This document shows, piece after piece, positions 37,234-45,547 of a stretch of 64,000 nt of DNA (position 1 is the stretch's first letter; each line of letters begins with the position of its first letter). The stretch comes from Candidatus Parvarchaeota archaeon. Lineage in GTDB: Archaea > Nanobdellota > Nanobdellia > JAAOXT01. The stretch covers positions 9,369-73,368 of the forward strand of contig JAFCDO010000002.1 of the NCBI GenBank assembly GCA_017609605.1. The letters run 5' to 3'. The notes beneath the pieces are model-generated. The model ran no database searches and was not told the origin of the DNA. It saw nothing but the letters and a program-made list of their open reading frames with translations. The position numbers and the translations under genes were made by a program.

Positions 37234-38006
37234 CTTGTTAAGAGATGTTGTGTTGATGAGTTGTAAACAAAGTCTGTTAGTCTTGTTAAATGACTTTCAC
37301 TAAACCCTTTTTCTCCTCGTTCAAAATTGTTTCCAAGTTTTTTAAACAATTCTTCACTTGTATAAACCAACTCTGGAAAATCGTCCTTTACACTCCCGAG
37401 CCACGAGTCCATTCTCCAGATGTGTTCTTTATCTTCTCCTGTTTTATTGTAGAAACGTTTGCTTCGCAAATCTTTTAGCACTGATTTAACTGAAAAATAT
37501 TTTTCGTAAAAATATGAATCAACTTCCTTGTTTGATAATTCGCCAAGTCCAAAACCTTTCTTGATAGTTGTTTCAACAATGATAAAAGAGTGTCCGTCAT
37601 AAAGCTTTAATTTCACGTGATGCGAGTTCTCCAGAACACTCATTTTCAGACCAAAATCTTGTCCCAAAACCGCGTAAAACGAGCTCAAAGCCAAACAATT
37701 ACCTTTTGGTTCATCCCTTAAAAACGAATCAATCAGTGTTGTTAAACTAAACTGGTCTTCCTGATATATTTCTTTATCATTTTTGTGAATGAACTCTAAC
37801 AGTTTTTGACCTGTGTAAAAAGGGTCTGAGTGACCGCCTTTAAAATGAATAAAGTTGTTTTTAATCACTTCAAGCCTGGATTTATAGGATAATACTTCAT
37901 CAAGGGTTTTAAGTCCTCCTGAAAGGATTAGCAACTCTTCCTCCATGTTAAGATCCAATTCGTTGAACTCTGGGTTAAACCTTAACTGAAACCACATAAC
38001 TCCCAT
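37230..38006 (-). CDS. hypothetical protein (possible transglutaminase-like Cys-His-Asp fold)
   Basis: …PKGNCLALSSFYAVLGQDFGL…HHVKLKLYDG… is loosely reminiscent of a transglutaminase-like core. Confidence 0.4.
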   Translation of the reverse strand: MGVMWFQLRFNPEFNELDLNMEEELLILSGGLKTLDEVLSYKSRLEVIKNNFIHFKGGHSDPFYTGQKLLEFIHKNDKEIYQEDQFSLTTLIDSFLRDEPKGNCLALSSFYAVLGQDFGLKMSVLENSHHVKLKLYDGHSFIIVETTIKKGFGLGELSNKEVDSYFYEKYFSVKSVLKDLRSKRFYNKTGEDKEHIWRMDSWLGSVKDDFPELVYTSEELFKKLGNNFERGEKGFSESHLTRLTDFVYNSSTQHLLTS

Positions 38007-38057
38007 TTTGTTTAAAAGAAAAAGGTTGAATTAAAAAAGATTATCTTTAATCATTAA

Positions 38058-38143
38058 CGCCGAGGAAGAGATTTGAACTCTTGAGGGAAGTGAATCCCAC
38101 GGGATTTCCAGTCCCGCGCCTTAGACCGCTCAGCCACCTCGGC
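38058..38143 (-). tRNA. tRNA-Ser (anticodon GGA), class II with long variable arm
   Basis: The minus-strand read is GCCGAGGTGGCTGAGCGGTCTAAGGCGCGGGACTGGAAATCCCGTGGGATTCACTTCCCTCAAGAGTTCAAATCTCTTCCTCGGCG. It has a 7-bp acceptor stem (GCCGAGG/CCTCGGC), an anticodon stem CGGGA/TCCCG with loop CTGGAAA (anticodon GGA), a long variable arm, and a T-arm with TTCAAAT. Discriminator G. No encoded CCA. Confidence 0.8.
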
Positions 38144-38183
38144 AAAGTATTAAGAATCTTAGAATGGACTGGTTTTAAAATGT

Positions 38184-38993
38184 TTACGCTTCCACTAACT
38201 CTTTTAATTCTTGAATCATTCCAATTGTTTCCTCAGGATTGAAATAATCTTTTCTTGTTACTGGTTTAAAAGTCTCTGGGTCTGCTTTGTATCCTTCAAA
38301 GAAAGGCACTCCGCAAACGTCCATGCTAATTAATTCACAGTTGTCTAGAATTTTTTGTGAGCACTGCTTAAGTTTTTCAAAACTTAGTATTTTATCACGA
38401 AAAGCCAAAGGGTGATCTGTTTTTTTTGAGCAAACATCCAAGTCAACGCTGACATGCACTCTCTTACCTCTAATTTTATCAAGAATTTGTGTGAAAGGTT
38501 CATTAAATGTTAATAATTCAAGATTGTCATAAAAATCTTCGATTCTTGAAACCCTGCCACCCCTGTCACGAGCCTCCAAATTCTCTTTCTCAGGCATCAA
38601 GCCGTAACCAAAGACTTGCCCGACCTTGCGGGTCGCGTGTGCAATCCAGTCCGTAAAAGTGGGGCCTTCTGAATCAACAGTTCCCCAACTGTCACAGCAA
38701 TCGTTATGCGCGTCAAAAACAACTAATGCTTCAGCGTTTTTAGGGATAAGATGATAAGCTAAATCGTGATTATAGTTTGAACCATAAACCGTAAAAAAAT
38801 CTTGATTTGAATTTACTGAATTCACAAGCTCATTCGTGTTTACACAATCTATTACTTTTACTAAAAAACATATATCCTCCAGAATAAGATCGAATTTCTG
38901 TTTTTTTTCATAAGGTACCTTAACTACTTCTGACCAGTCTTCATCAAGCAGAGAGTCCATTTTACTGGACATGTGAACCAAACGACCCTTCAT
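38184..38993 (-). CDS. arginase/agmatinase-family ureohydrolase
   Basis: …VVFDAHNDCCD… (DAHxD) and …HVSVDLDVCS… (SxDxD) are metal-binding motifs of the arginase fold. 269 aa. Confidence 0.6.
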   Translation of the reverse strand: MKGRLVHMSSKMDSLLDEDWSEVVKVPYEKKQKFDLILEDICFLVKVIDCVNTNELVNSVNSNQDFFTVYGSNYNHDLAYHLIPKNAEALVVFDAHNDCCDSWGTVDSEGPTFTDWIAHATRKVGQVFGYGLMPEKENLEARDRGGRVSRIEDFYDNLELLTFNEPFTQILDKIRGKRVHVSVDLDVCSKKTDHPLAFRDKILSFEKLKQCSQKILDNCELISMDVCGVPFFEGYKADPETFKPVTRKDYFNPEETIGMIQELKELVEA

Positions 38994-39029
38994 AGTTACT
39001 ACTAATTAGTGGTCTATTTTTAAGGTTTT

Positions 39030-39896
39030 CTATCCTGTTTTTCTGAAAGTTCTTCCACAATTGGTGCAGGAATACTTTCCTCCTCCGCTTGAGAAGCTTA
39101 TGCTCCCACAATGAGGGCAGACTGTAGGCAGGTTGGTTACGAGCGTATCTCCAGAACCTTTTTTCTTGCCTTTTTTGGAGCCGTACTGTAAAACCATGAA
39201 AATCAGGTAAACTAGTGTTCGTAGGATTCCTGCTTTAGTGCGCCAATCAACTTTCGGGTTCAAGAGAAGAGCCAGCAAAACTATTATCACAATTACGATT
39301 ACGCCGTAAACGATTACGTCCTGAATTGTTAGGCCTCCGAACGCTTCGCAAACCCCTGACTCCGTGTTGCATGATTGCCCGGTGGGGCAGTGACAGTCCA
39401 TGCAGCAGTTTGACGGGTTCTCCCATGACGAGCAAATCCCGTCCCCACAATAACCTTTGGTGAACGCTATTGGCATGTCTAGGCTTAAACTTCCTTTATC
39501 ATACTGGACTTGAACGCTGACTCCCGTCCTAATCTCACTAGTTCCTTCTATGGTTAGGGTTACGTCTTTGCTGCTCCCCCCGCTTAATCGAATCCAACCG
39601 CTGGTCCACGTGTTCCCTCCACCTCCAGCTGCAGTGACTGCTTTAATCATATAACCGCTCGCTCCCACGACTGTGAGGGACGCGTTCAAATCATTTTGTG
39701 TCAGCGAAGTCATGCTTGCAGTGAGGAATACTGTGTCACCGACGAGGCCGAGTCGTTTGCTCCCAGTAACTGTTAGCAAAAGGTTTTCGTCGTTCACTGA
39801 AGAATTCAGTTGGTCCACGAAAGTCGAATCCTCAAGCGCGAGGATTGGTGAGAACAATAAAATGAATGATAGCAGGGCGCAAAAACTTTTTTTCAT
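39030..39896 (-). CDS. Cys-rich surface protein with signal peptide, TM anchor and cytoplasmic C-terminal zinc ribbon
   Basis: An N-terminal signal-like segment MKKSFCALLSFILLFSPILA and the Cys-rich module GYCGDGICSSWENPSNCCMDCHCPTGQSCN. There is a TM helix (VIVYGVIVIVIIVLLALL) and a C-terminal CPHCG…CTNCG ribbon. Confidence 0.5.
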   Translation of the reverse strand: MKKSFCALLSFILLFSPILALEDSTFVDQLNSSVNDENLLLTVTGSKRLGLVGDTVFLTASMTSLTQNDLNASLTVVGASGYMIKAVTAAGGGGNTWTSGWIRLSGGSSKDVTLTIEGTSEIRTGVSVQVQYDKGSLSLDMPIAFTKGYCGDGICSSWENPSNCCMDCHCPTGQSCNTESGVCEAFGGLTIQDVIVYGVIVIVIIVLLALLLNPKVDWRTKAGILRTLVYLIFMVLQYGSKKGKKKGSGDTLVTNLPTVCPHCGSISFSSGGGKYSCTNCGRTFRKTG

Positions 39897-39938
39897 TGAT
39901 AATACTTTTTTTTTACATAACTTACTTATAATTTTTTT

Positions 39939-41315
39939 TTAGTTCCACTCGCACTTCCAAACAGCTATGTCGCCTCGCGGGTGCGGGAACTTGATGTAAG
40001 GAACGCAGTTCTCGACCATGAAATCAAACAATTCGGGCCAAACACCTAACAAGGAATAGTCATCCGTCCTGTCCAAAAAGAACTTGATTTTGTTTCGCTT
40101 CATCGCGTTCATGAAGTCTTGAGCTGTTGCCCCTCCTGCTTCGCGCACGTGCATGAACGTGTTAACCCACTGCGGAGGCGCGTCCCTGCCGGTTCGCATG
40201 GCCACTTCTGATACAAAGGTTGAGTAACCCATGATCATGTCATCGGGAGAAGAGTTAGCGGTTATAAAGTTCATAAAATCTTGTCTTATCTCAAGGTCCC
40301 CGGAAGCTATGGGATTATAATGATATATGTAAACGAACTGGTAAACTGCGAGGAGGGTGAACGCGAGCGTTCCTAAGTAGAACGTTTTGCGTTTGTTGAA
40401 CTCTAGATTCGTCGCCGAGAACAGGAGGATGACAGGGATTAGTTGGGCGAGGTAATAAAACCTTATTGCCCTAATGACTGCATATTCAAGGAATAGTGTT
40501 AATCCTATGTAAAGCAAGAAAAAATTGTTGTAAAACATTTTCTTCCTGTAAACCAGAGCGAAAACGAGTAATAGGGTTAGCCAGGCATTCTCGACCACGA
40601 AGAATTGGGACGTGGAAGAAATCATTGCGTCCAGCATTCCCTCCCAATTCATTAATCTCATGAATTCTGCGCTGGTCCCCAAATTATTGAGCACGTAGTT
40701 CTTGTAGGGCAGGAAGTAAAGCGTTGTGATGATGAAGGGTATCGTGAGTCCAAGCAAGTATTTTTTCCAGTTCTTGCGAGAGGATAGTAGGAAAGCTATA
40801 GGGAGAATGATTGCGTCTTGTCTGGTGAGAATGGCTAAGGAAGCTGTCAGGCCCGACCAAAAGCTTTTTTCTTTGATGAACGCGTAAACGCTTAGTGCGA
40901 CGAAGAAAGTGGTTTGCATGAAGCCCAGGGTTTCAGCGCCGCCTCTCCACAAGGTTCCGATGGTCATCGTGATTAAGGCTATGTTGAGGGCTACGCCTTT
41001 TTTCTTGTATTTCTTTTCCAGTTCGAGTCCTGTAGCGTATAGAATTATTATGGTGAAGGTTTTTTGCGCGAACGTGTAAAAGTTGCCTGCTAGGATGCTT
41101 GGCCCAACGATTTTGAAGAACGCTGCCAGCCCGTATATAAGAGCTGGTGGTTTCATGAAGAAAATATCTTTGTACAGCACGCTTCCTTCTGACACTAGTT
41201 TGGATATGTAAAAGTAGAAGTTTTCGTCGCTCCATAAAGGGTTGAAAGCTGTTAGGCTGATTAGGGAGCTGATGGTTAATAGTATTAAGAATGGATAATG
41301 TTTTTTGAAACTCAT
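39939..41315 (-). CDS. integral-membrane glycosyltransferase (GT39/PMT- or ArnT-like, GT-C fold)
   Basis: More than 10 TM helices with an N-terminal loop region, typical of GT-C dolichyl/undecaprenyl-phosphate-sugar transferases. The start is set at the internal ATG 41315, because the upstream 63 codons are R/H-rich and overlap the rps10 gene. Confidence 0.55.
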   Translation of the reverse strand: MSFKKHYPFLILLTISSLISLTAFNPLWSDENFYFYISKLVSEGSVLYKDIFFMKPPALIYGLAAFFKIVGPSILAGNFYTFAQKTFTIIILYATGLELEKKYKKKGVALNIALITMTIGTLWRGGAETLGFMQTTFFVALSVYAFIKEKSFWSGLTASLAILTRQDAIILPIAFLLSSRKNWKKYLLGLTIPFIITTLYFLPYKNYVLNNLGTSAEFMRLMNWEGMLDAMISSTSQFFVVENAWLTLLLVFALVYRKKMFYNNFFLLYIGLTLFLEYAVIRAIRFYYLAQLIPVILLFSATNLEFNKRKTFYLGTLAFTLLAVYQFVYIYHYNPIASGDLEIRQDFMNFITANSSPDDMIMGYSTFVSEVAMRTGRDAPPQWVNTFMHVREAGGATAQDFMNAMKRNKIKFFLDRTDDYSLLGVWPELFDFMVENCVPYIKFPHPRGDIAVWKCEWN

Positions 41316-41353
41316 CTTATTTAGAATTAAGGTTTTTGGAGTGTTAAAAAGTT

Positions 41354-41662
41354 TTACTCTACGATTTCTATTTCTATGTTCACGTCTTTTGGCACAGGCA
41401 CTCTCATGATGAGTCTTAGGGCTCGTTCGCTCATGGACAGGTCGATTAATCTTTTGTGTATGCGCATGTGCCAGGTCTCGTAAGTTTCTCTTCCAGTGCC
41501 GCAAGGACTTTTCCTAACAGGTATTTTGAGTTTTTTGGTTGGCAGGGGTATTGGTCCTCGCATTTCCACGCCAGTTCTTTCAGCTATTATTTTGATTTGG
41601 TCGACTAACTGGTTCAGTTTCTGCGGTTCAGTGCTTGATATCTTGATTCTGGCCTTACCCAT
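41354..41662 (-). CDS. rps10: 30S ribosomal protein S10 (uS10)
   Basis: [53 protein letters not shown]…[11 protein letters not shown] is the canonical uS10. The start is at the internal ATG 41662. Confidence 0.85.
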   Translation of the reverse strand: MGKARIKISSTEPQKLNQLVDQIKIIAERTGVEMRGPIPLPTKKLKIPVRKSPCGTGRETYETWHMRIHKRLIDLSMSERALRLIMRVPVPKDVNIEIEIVE

Positions 41663-41799
41663 GGTTCTAACTAAATCTAGTGCTTTGCTTAAAAAGGTTT
41701 CGTTCAACTATCTTTGAAAGTGAATTTGATTGCTTTTTGTGTAGTAATTATCAAGATATTTAAAAAGAAAGAGAAATAGTTTTTCTTTGTAGGTTTAAT

Positions 41800-42222
41800 A
41801 TGCTGGTTAAAAGAAAAAATGGCATGAAATTCAATTTAGAACTTAGACCTCACCATCTTTTGGGTTACTTTAAACACGAAGCTTATATTGAATGGTATAA
41901 CATGTTTGATGAGGAATATATCGCGAGATTCAGGGAAGAGAAAGGGAATTTTCATTCAGATGAATTAATTATTCATTGGAGAAACATACTCAGACAACTA
42001 CATGAAAATCCTAATCTAAGAATTAGATATGTTTTTGGTTTGGATTCTGTTTGCGAGAAATGTGATAAGAAAAATTTATGCAGTGACAGGAAACATTGGG
42101 CTTATGAATCTGTCAAGAAAGCGGATATTGACGCTATTGAAAAACTTCCTGATTTGAAGTTAGGAAAGGTATATGACGGACACTTTTTAAAGAAGTTGTT
42201 TAAAAAGAAGAATTTAGTCTGA
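41800..42222 (+). CDS. hypothetical protein (Cys/His-containing, 140 aa)
   Basis: A stand-alone plus-strand ORF between rps10 and tuf; …CEKCDKKNLC…; no family recognised. Confidence 0.4.
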   Translation: MLVKRKNGMKFNLELRPHHLLGYFKHEAYIEWYNMFDEEYIARFREEKGNFHSDELIIHWRNILRQLHENPNLRIRYVFGLDSVCEKCDKKNLCSDRKHWAYESVKKADIDAIEKLPDLKLGKVYDGHFLKKLFKKKNLV

Positions 42223-42394
42223 ATTATTGTTAACAGTTAGGTTTTTCGGAAATTTTTGAATTAAGGGGTCAATAAATTTATCAACTTTGCCAACTACTGC
42301 TATTCTTCAAGGTCTTTTTCAAAACTGCTTCCTAATTTTTTTCTTCCGCGTTCAAGCAGCCACTTTTTTCCAAGGCTTAAAGCTAAATAGAGTT

Positions 42395-42436
42395 TAAAAA
42401 AATGTAAGAAAAGGGTTTTTGTTTTGAAACCCTTTA
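42395..42436 (-). terminator. candidate intrinsic terminator downstream of tuf (hairpin + T-tract)
   Basis: Immediately 3' of the tuf stop on the minus strand is the stem AAAGGGTTT / AAACCCTTT with a 9-nt loop (42410-42436), followed by a T7 run (plus-strand A7 at 42395-42401). Confidence 0.4.
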
Positions 42437-42446
42437 TCGAATTTGT

Positions 42447-43718
42447 TTAAGCTGTTTTCAGGATGTCTATGCAAACGCCTGCCGCAACCGTTCTTCCCAT
42501 GTCTCTGACCGCGAAGCTTGATAGTTGCGCTAAGTCTTCCTTTTTCTCTATGATGAATGGTTTGGTTGGAATTATTTCCACTATTGCAGCGTCCCCTGCT
42601 TTGATGAAGTCCGGGTTCTCTTGAAGGGTCGCCCCTGTTTTCGGGTCAAGTTTTTTCAGGATTTTATCGAACCTGCAAGCAACTTGGCTGGTGTGCGTGT
42701 GGAATACTGGCGTGTAACCTGATGCTATGACGCTTGGGTGTTCGAGAACAATTATTTGCGCAACAAATTTTTTGACGATTTTCGCCGCGTCTTTTACGTG
42801 GCTGCAAATGTCTCCTCTTTTCACGCTTTTCTTGTCCACTCCTCGAACATTGAATCCTATGTTGTCTCCAGGGATTGCTTCTTTGATTTGCTCGTGGTGC
42901 ATTTCTATGCTTTTGACTTCTCCTGACGCCCCGCTTGGCAGGAACACTACTTTGTCCCCTATCTTCATTTTTCCTGATATGACTTTGCCGACTGGTACTG
43001 TCCCGATTCCCGTGATGCTGTAACTGTCTTCTATGGGTATTCTTAGAGGCTTGTCTGTTGGGAGTTTTGGAGGTGACAGCGTGTCAAATGACTCCAATAA
43101 CGTTTTTCCTTTGTACCAAGCCATTTTGTCGCTTTTCTTGGCGATGTTGTCGCCCCCGATCGCTGAAGTCGCTAGGAAAAGCATGCCTTCCGTGCTGATT
43201 CCAATGCTTTTGAACAGTTTTTCCATTTGGTCTTTGACTTCGTTGAATCTTTTCTCGTCGTATTTTACCGCGTCCATCTTATTGATGTCAACAATTATTT
43301 GTTTGACTCCCATGACTTTTAGCAGGAAAGCGTGTTCTTTTGTTTGGGGCATTATCCCGTCGCTGGCCGCGACCACTAGTACTGCCGCGTCTGCTTGACT
43401 TGCTCCTGTTATCATGTTTTTAATGAAGTCTTTGTGGCCCGGAGCGTCTATTATCGTGAAGTAATACTTTTTAGTGTCAAACCTTTTTTCTGCCAGATCG
43501 ATTGTCAGTCCTCTTTTTCTTTCTTCTTTGGTCAAGTCTACTGCGTAAGCGTATTCCCAAGTGCCTTTCCCAACTTCTTCAGCTAGTTTCTTGAATTTAA
43601 TGAGGTCTTGTTCGCTTACTATGCCTGTTTCGAAGAACAATCTTCCTATCGTTGTTGATTTTCCATGGTCTACGTGACCCGTGAAAATCAGGTTGATGTG
43701 TGGTTTTTTCTCTGCCAT
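42447..43718 (-). CDS. tuf: translation elongation factor 1-alpha (aEF-1A)
   Basis: GHVDHGKST, DAPGH, NKMD and the full three-domain architecture; 423 aa. Confidence 0.9.
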   Translation of the reverse strand: MAEKKPHINLIFTGHVDHGKSTTIGRLFFETGIVSEQDLIKFKKLAEEVGKGTWEYAYAVDLTKEERKRGLTIDLAEKRFDTKKYYFTIIDAPGHKDFIKNMITGASQADAAVLVVAASDGIMPQTKEHAFLLKVMGVKQIIVDINKMDAVKYDEKRFNEVKDQMEKLFKSIGISTEGMLFLATSAIGGDNIAKKSDKMAWYKGKTLLESFDTLSPPKLPTDKPLRIPIEDSYSITGIGTVPVGKVISGKMKIGDKVVFLPSGASGEVKSIEMHHEQIKEAIPGDNIGFNVRGVDKKSVKRGDICSHVKDAAKIVKKFVAQIIVLEHPSVIASGYTPVFHTHTSQVACRFDKILKKLDPKTGATLQENPDFIKAGDAAIVEIIPTKPFIIEKKEDLAQLSSFAVRDMGRTVAAGVCIDILKTA

Positions 43719-43968
43719 TTTATTTTTTTCACCTATGTATTAGTTATTTTTTTGTTGTTAAATTGTAAAAACATCCTCTTTTAAAAGTTTTGGTAATAGC
43801 TGATTTGCATATTAATCGGGTTCTGCACAAAAATTAAGACAACTCGCACAATAATTAAATTAATGAACAACCAGGCTCTTTTTCATAAATTATTTAGAAG
43901 TTACTTTGCGATTTACTGTATGAATATTTATGGAGGGGAAAACCACTAAAAAAAATTAAAATAAATGT

Positions 43969-45486
43969 TTAGCTTATCGGCCCGTTCTTCCAGAGGTCAT
44001 CCCTGAGCGTCTTCCCACTTCTTTCCTTCCACTCATCGATTGATATGGAATGCTTTTCCATAATCTTTTGGCCGACTCCGAGGCCGTTGTAGGTGCAGAA
44101 AGGCACCATTCCCTCCGGCGTCGTGTAATGGATTACGCAGTTCTGTAACCGATCCAGATCCAGGTTCCAGACGTCCTGGAACCACATTGTTCCCAAGTAA
44201 AGCGTCTTGTGATGGAACTTGCCTATTGAGGAGTAGTCACCCTGGACAACGGCATTAACGAGAAGCTTCCTCGCGGAGAACCCTTTCGGAGCTTTTTCCT
44301 TATCCACGTATTTGGAAACGTTTTTCATCATTGAAGCAGCTATCCTTGCCTTCTTAACTATTCCCTTCTTTTCCGAAAGTTCTTCGATCAGTTCCATGAA
44401 TCCTTCTACATCAAAGAATCTTGTAATCGGAACCATTCTGTCACCATCTATGAATATATAAGTCGCGGCGCCGCAGTTCGGGTGGGCTGTGAATTCAACC
44501 TGTTTCTCGTCCTTGAGGTTTTCGATCAGCTTAGATATGGGGTAAACAAAGGGTACTGGGTACCAGTCCTTTTTAGTGATTTGTCCACCGGAGTCCTCCT
44601 CTATTTTCTCCATCAGCGTCGAGTAATCCACTCTTCTCTTTTCTCTATATTCGTCAACGATGTTTTCGAGCCTGCCTGTGAAAGCAATGGGTTGAATGTT
44701 GACGCCACGAACAATGTCTATATTGTCCTTGGCGTATTCAATTATGTCCACGATTTCGTCGATATTGTCCTGCATAGCGACGGGAACCAAGACAACGCTT
44801 CGGAAACCAATTTCCCTTAGGTTCTGGATTGCTTGTTTGTTCTGTTCAATCCAGGGATTTGTTTCTTTAGTCACGCCGTCAAAGCTCATGTAAATAGTGT
44901 TTACACCGTGGTCCAGTATTTTTTTGCAGTACTCCTTGGACTCGGCTAATTTAATCGAATTAGTGTTCAGTTGAATGTGTACGAAACCAGCCTCTCTTGC
45001 TATATCGCAGATTTCAAAGAGGTCGTCTCGGACCGTTGGTTCTCCACCGGTTATTTGAATCGCTTTTGAAGGAACTGGCTTTTCATGACTGGCTTGATCG
45101 ACCATCTTCTGTATCTCATCCAGAGAAGGTTCGTAGATGAATCCTTGACTGCCCGCGTTCGCGAAGCAGTATGAGCAGCGTAGATTGCAACGGTTGGTCA
45201 CGGTTAGATTGGTGAGAACTGATTGTGAATTATGAGTGTCGTAGAGGGAGAGGTTTTCGACATGGACGCCTTCTATCCCCTTCCCCTCTCTTTTGTATTT
45301 TGCCCACCTTTTATAATCCTCGGCATCCGAAAACATTAAGGATTGGAAAGGACCGTGCTCTTCACATTCCTTCCTGATGTAAATACTCCCTCCTTCTTCA
45401 ACTAGTTCGGCTTCTAATTCCTTAACTTCTCCGTCTTGACGAAAACATTCCGGACAAATTGACCGAGTCTTTTCCAGAATCTCCAT
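43969..45486 (-). CDS. radical-SAM enzyme, unassigned subfamily (N-terminal Zn-ribbon + MoaA-like core + ~250-aa C-terminal domain)
   Basis: CNLRCSYC is the CxxxCxxC motif, followed by ITGGEPTVRDDLFEI (MoaA-like). The N-terminus has CPEC…C…H. Codon usage is distinct from its neighbours (many NNG codons such as aag, gag, ctg, ccg; ~50% GC). Confidence 0.75.
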   Translation of the reverse strand: MEILEKTRSICPECFRQDGEVKELEAELVEEGGSIYIRKECEEHGPFQSLMFSDAEDYKRWAKYKREGKGIEGVHVENLSLYDTHNSQSVLTNLTVTNRCNLRCSYCFANAGSQGFIYEPSLDEIQKMVDQASHEKPVPSKAIQITGGEPTVRDDLFEICDIAREAGFVHIQLNTNSIKLAESKEYCKKILDHGVNTIYMSFDGVTKETNPWIEQNKQAIQNLREIGFRSVVLVPVAMQDNIDEIVDIIEYAKDNIDIVRGVNIQPIAFTGRLENIVDEYREKRRVDYSTLMEKIEEDSGGQITKKDWYPVPFVYPISKLIENLKDEKQVEFTAHPNCGAATYIFIDGDRMVPITRFFDVEGFMELIEELSEKKGIVKKARIAASMMKNVSKYVDKEKAPKGFSARKLLVNAVVQGDYSSIGKFHHKTLYLGTMWFQDVWNLDLDRLQNCVIHYTTPEGMVPFCTYNGLGVGQKIMEKHSISIDEWKERSGKTLRDDLWKNGPIS

Positions 45487-45547
45487 ACTTGTAAACTTAC
45501 TTAAAATAAACTTTTATAAAAAACTTATTGATTTCTCTTCAAGCTGT

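Noticed and set aside
41316-41504. 63-codon R/H-rich N-terminal extension of the glycosyltransferase ORF
   Set aside because: It overlaps the rps10 coding region. An internal ATG at 41315 gives a normal hydrophobic GT-C N-terminus, so the extension is treated as an artefact of the longest-ORF call.
43969-45486. Calling the radical-SAM protein tetraether lipid synthase (Tes/GDGT-MAS) or MoaA
   Set aside because: I see only one CxxxCxxC cluster site and three scattered C-terminal Cys. There are no auxiliary-cluster Cys patterns expected for Tes, and no C-terminal CxxCx13C expected for MoaA. The subfamily is left unassigned.
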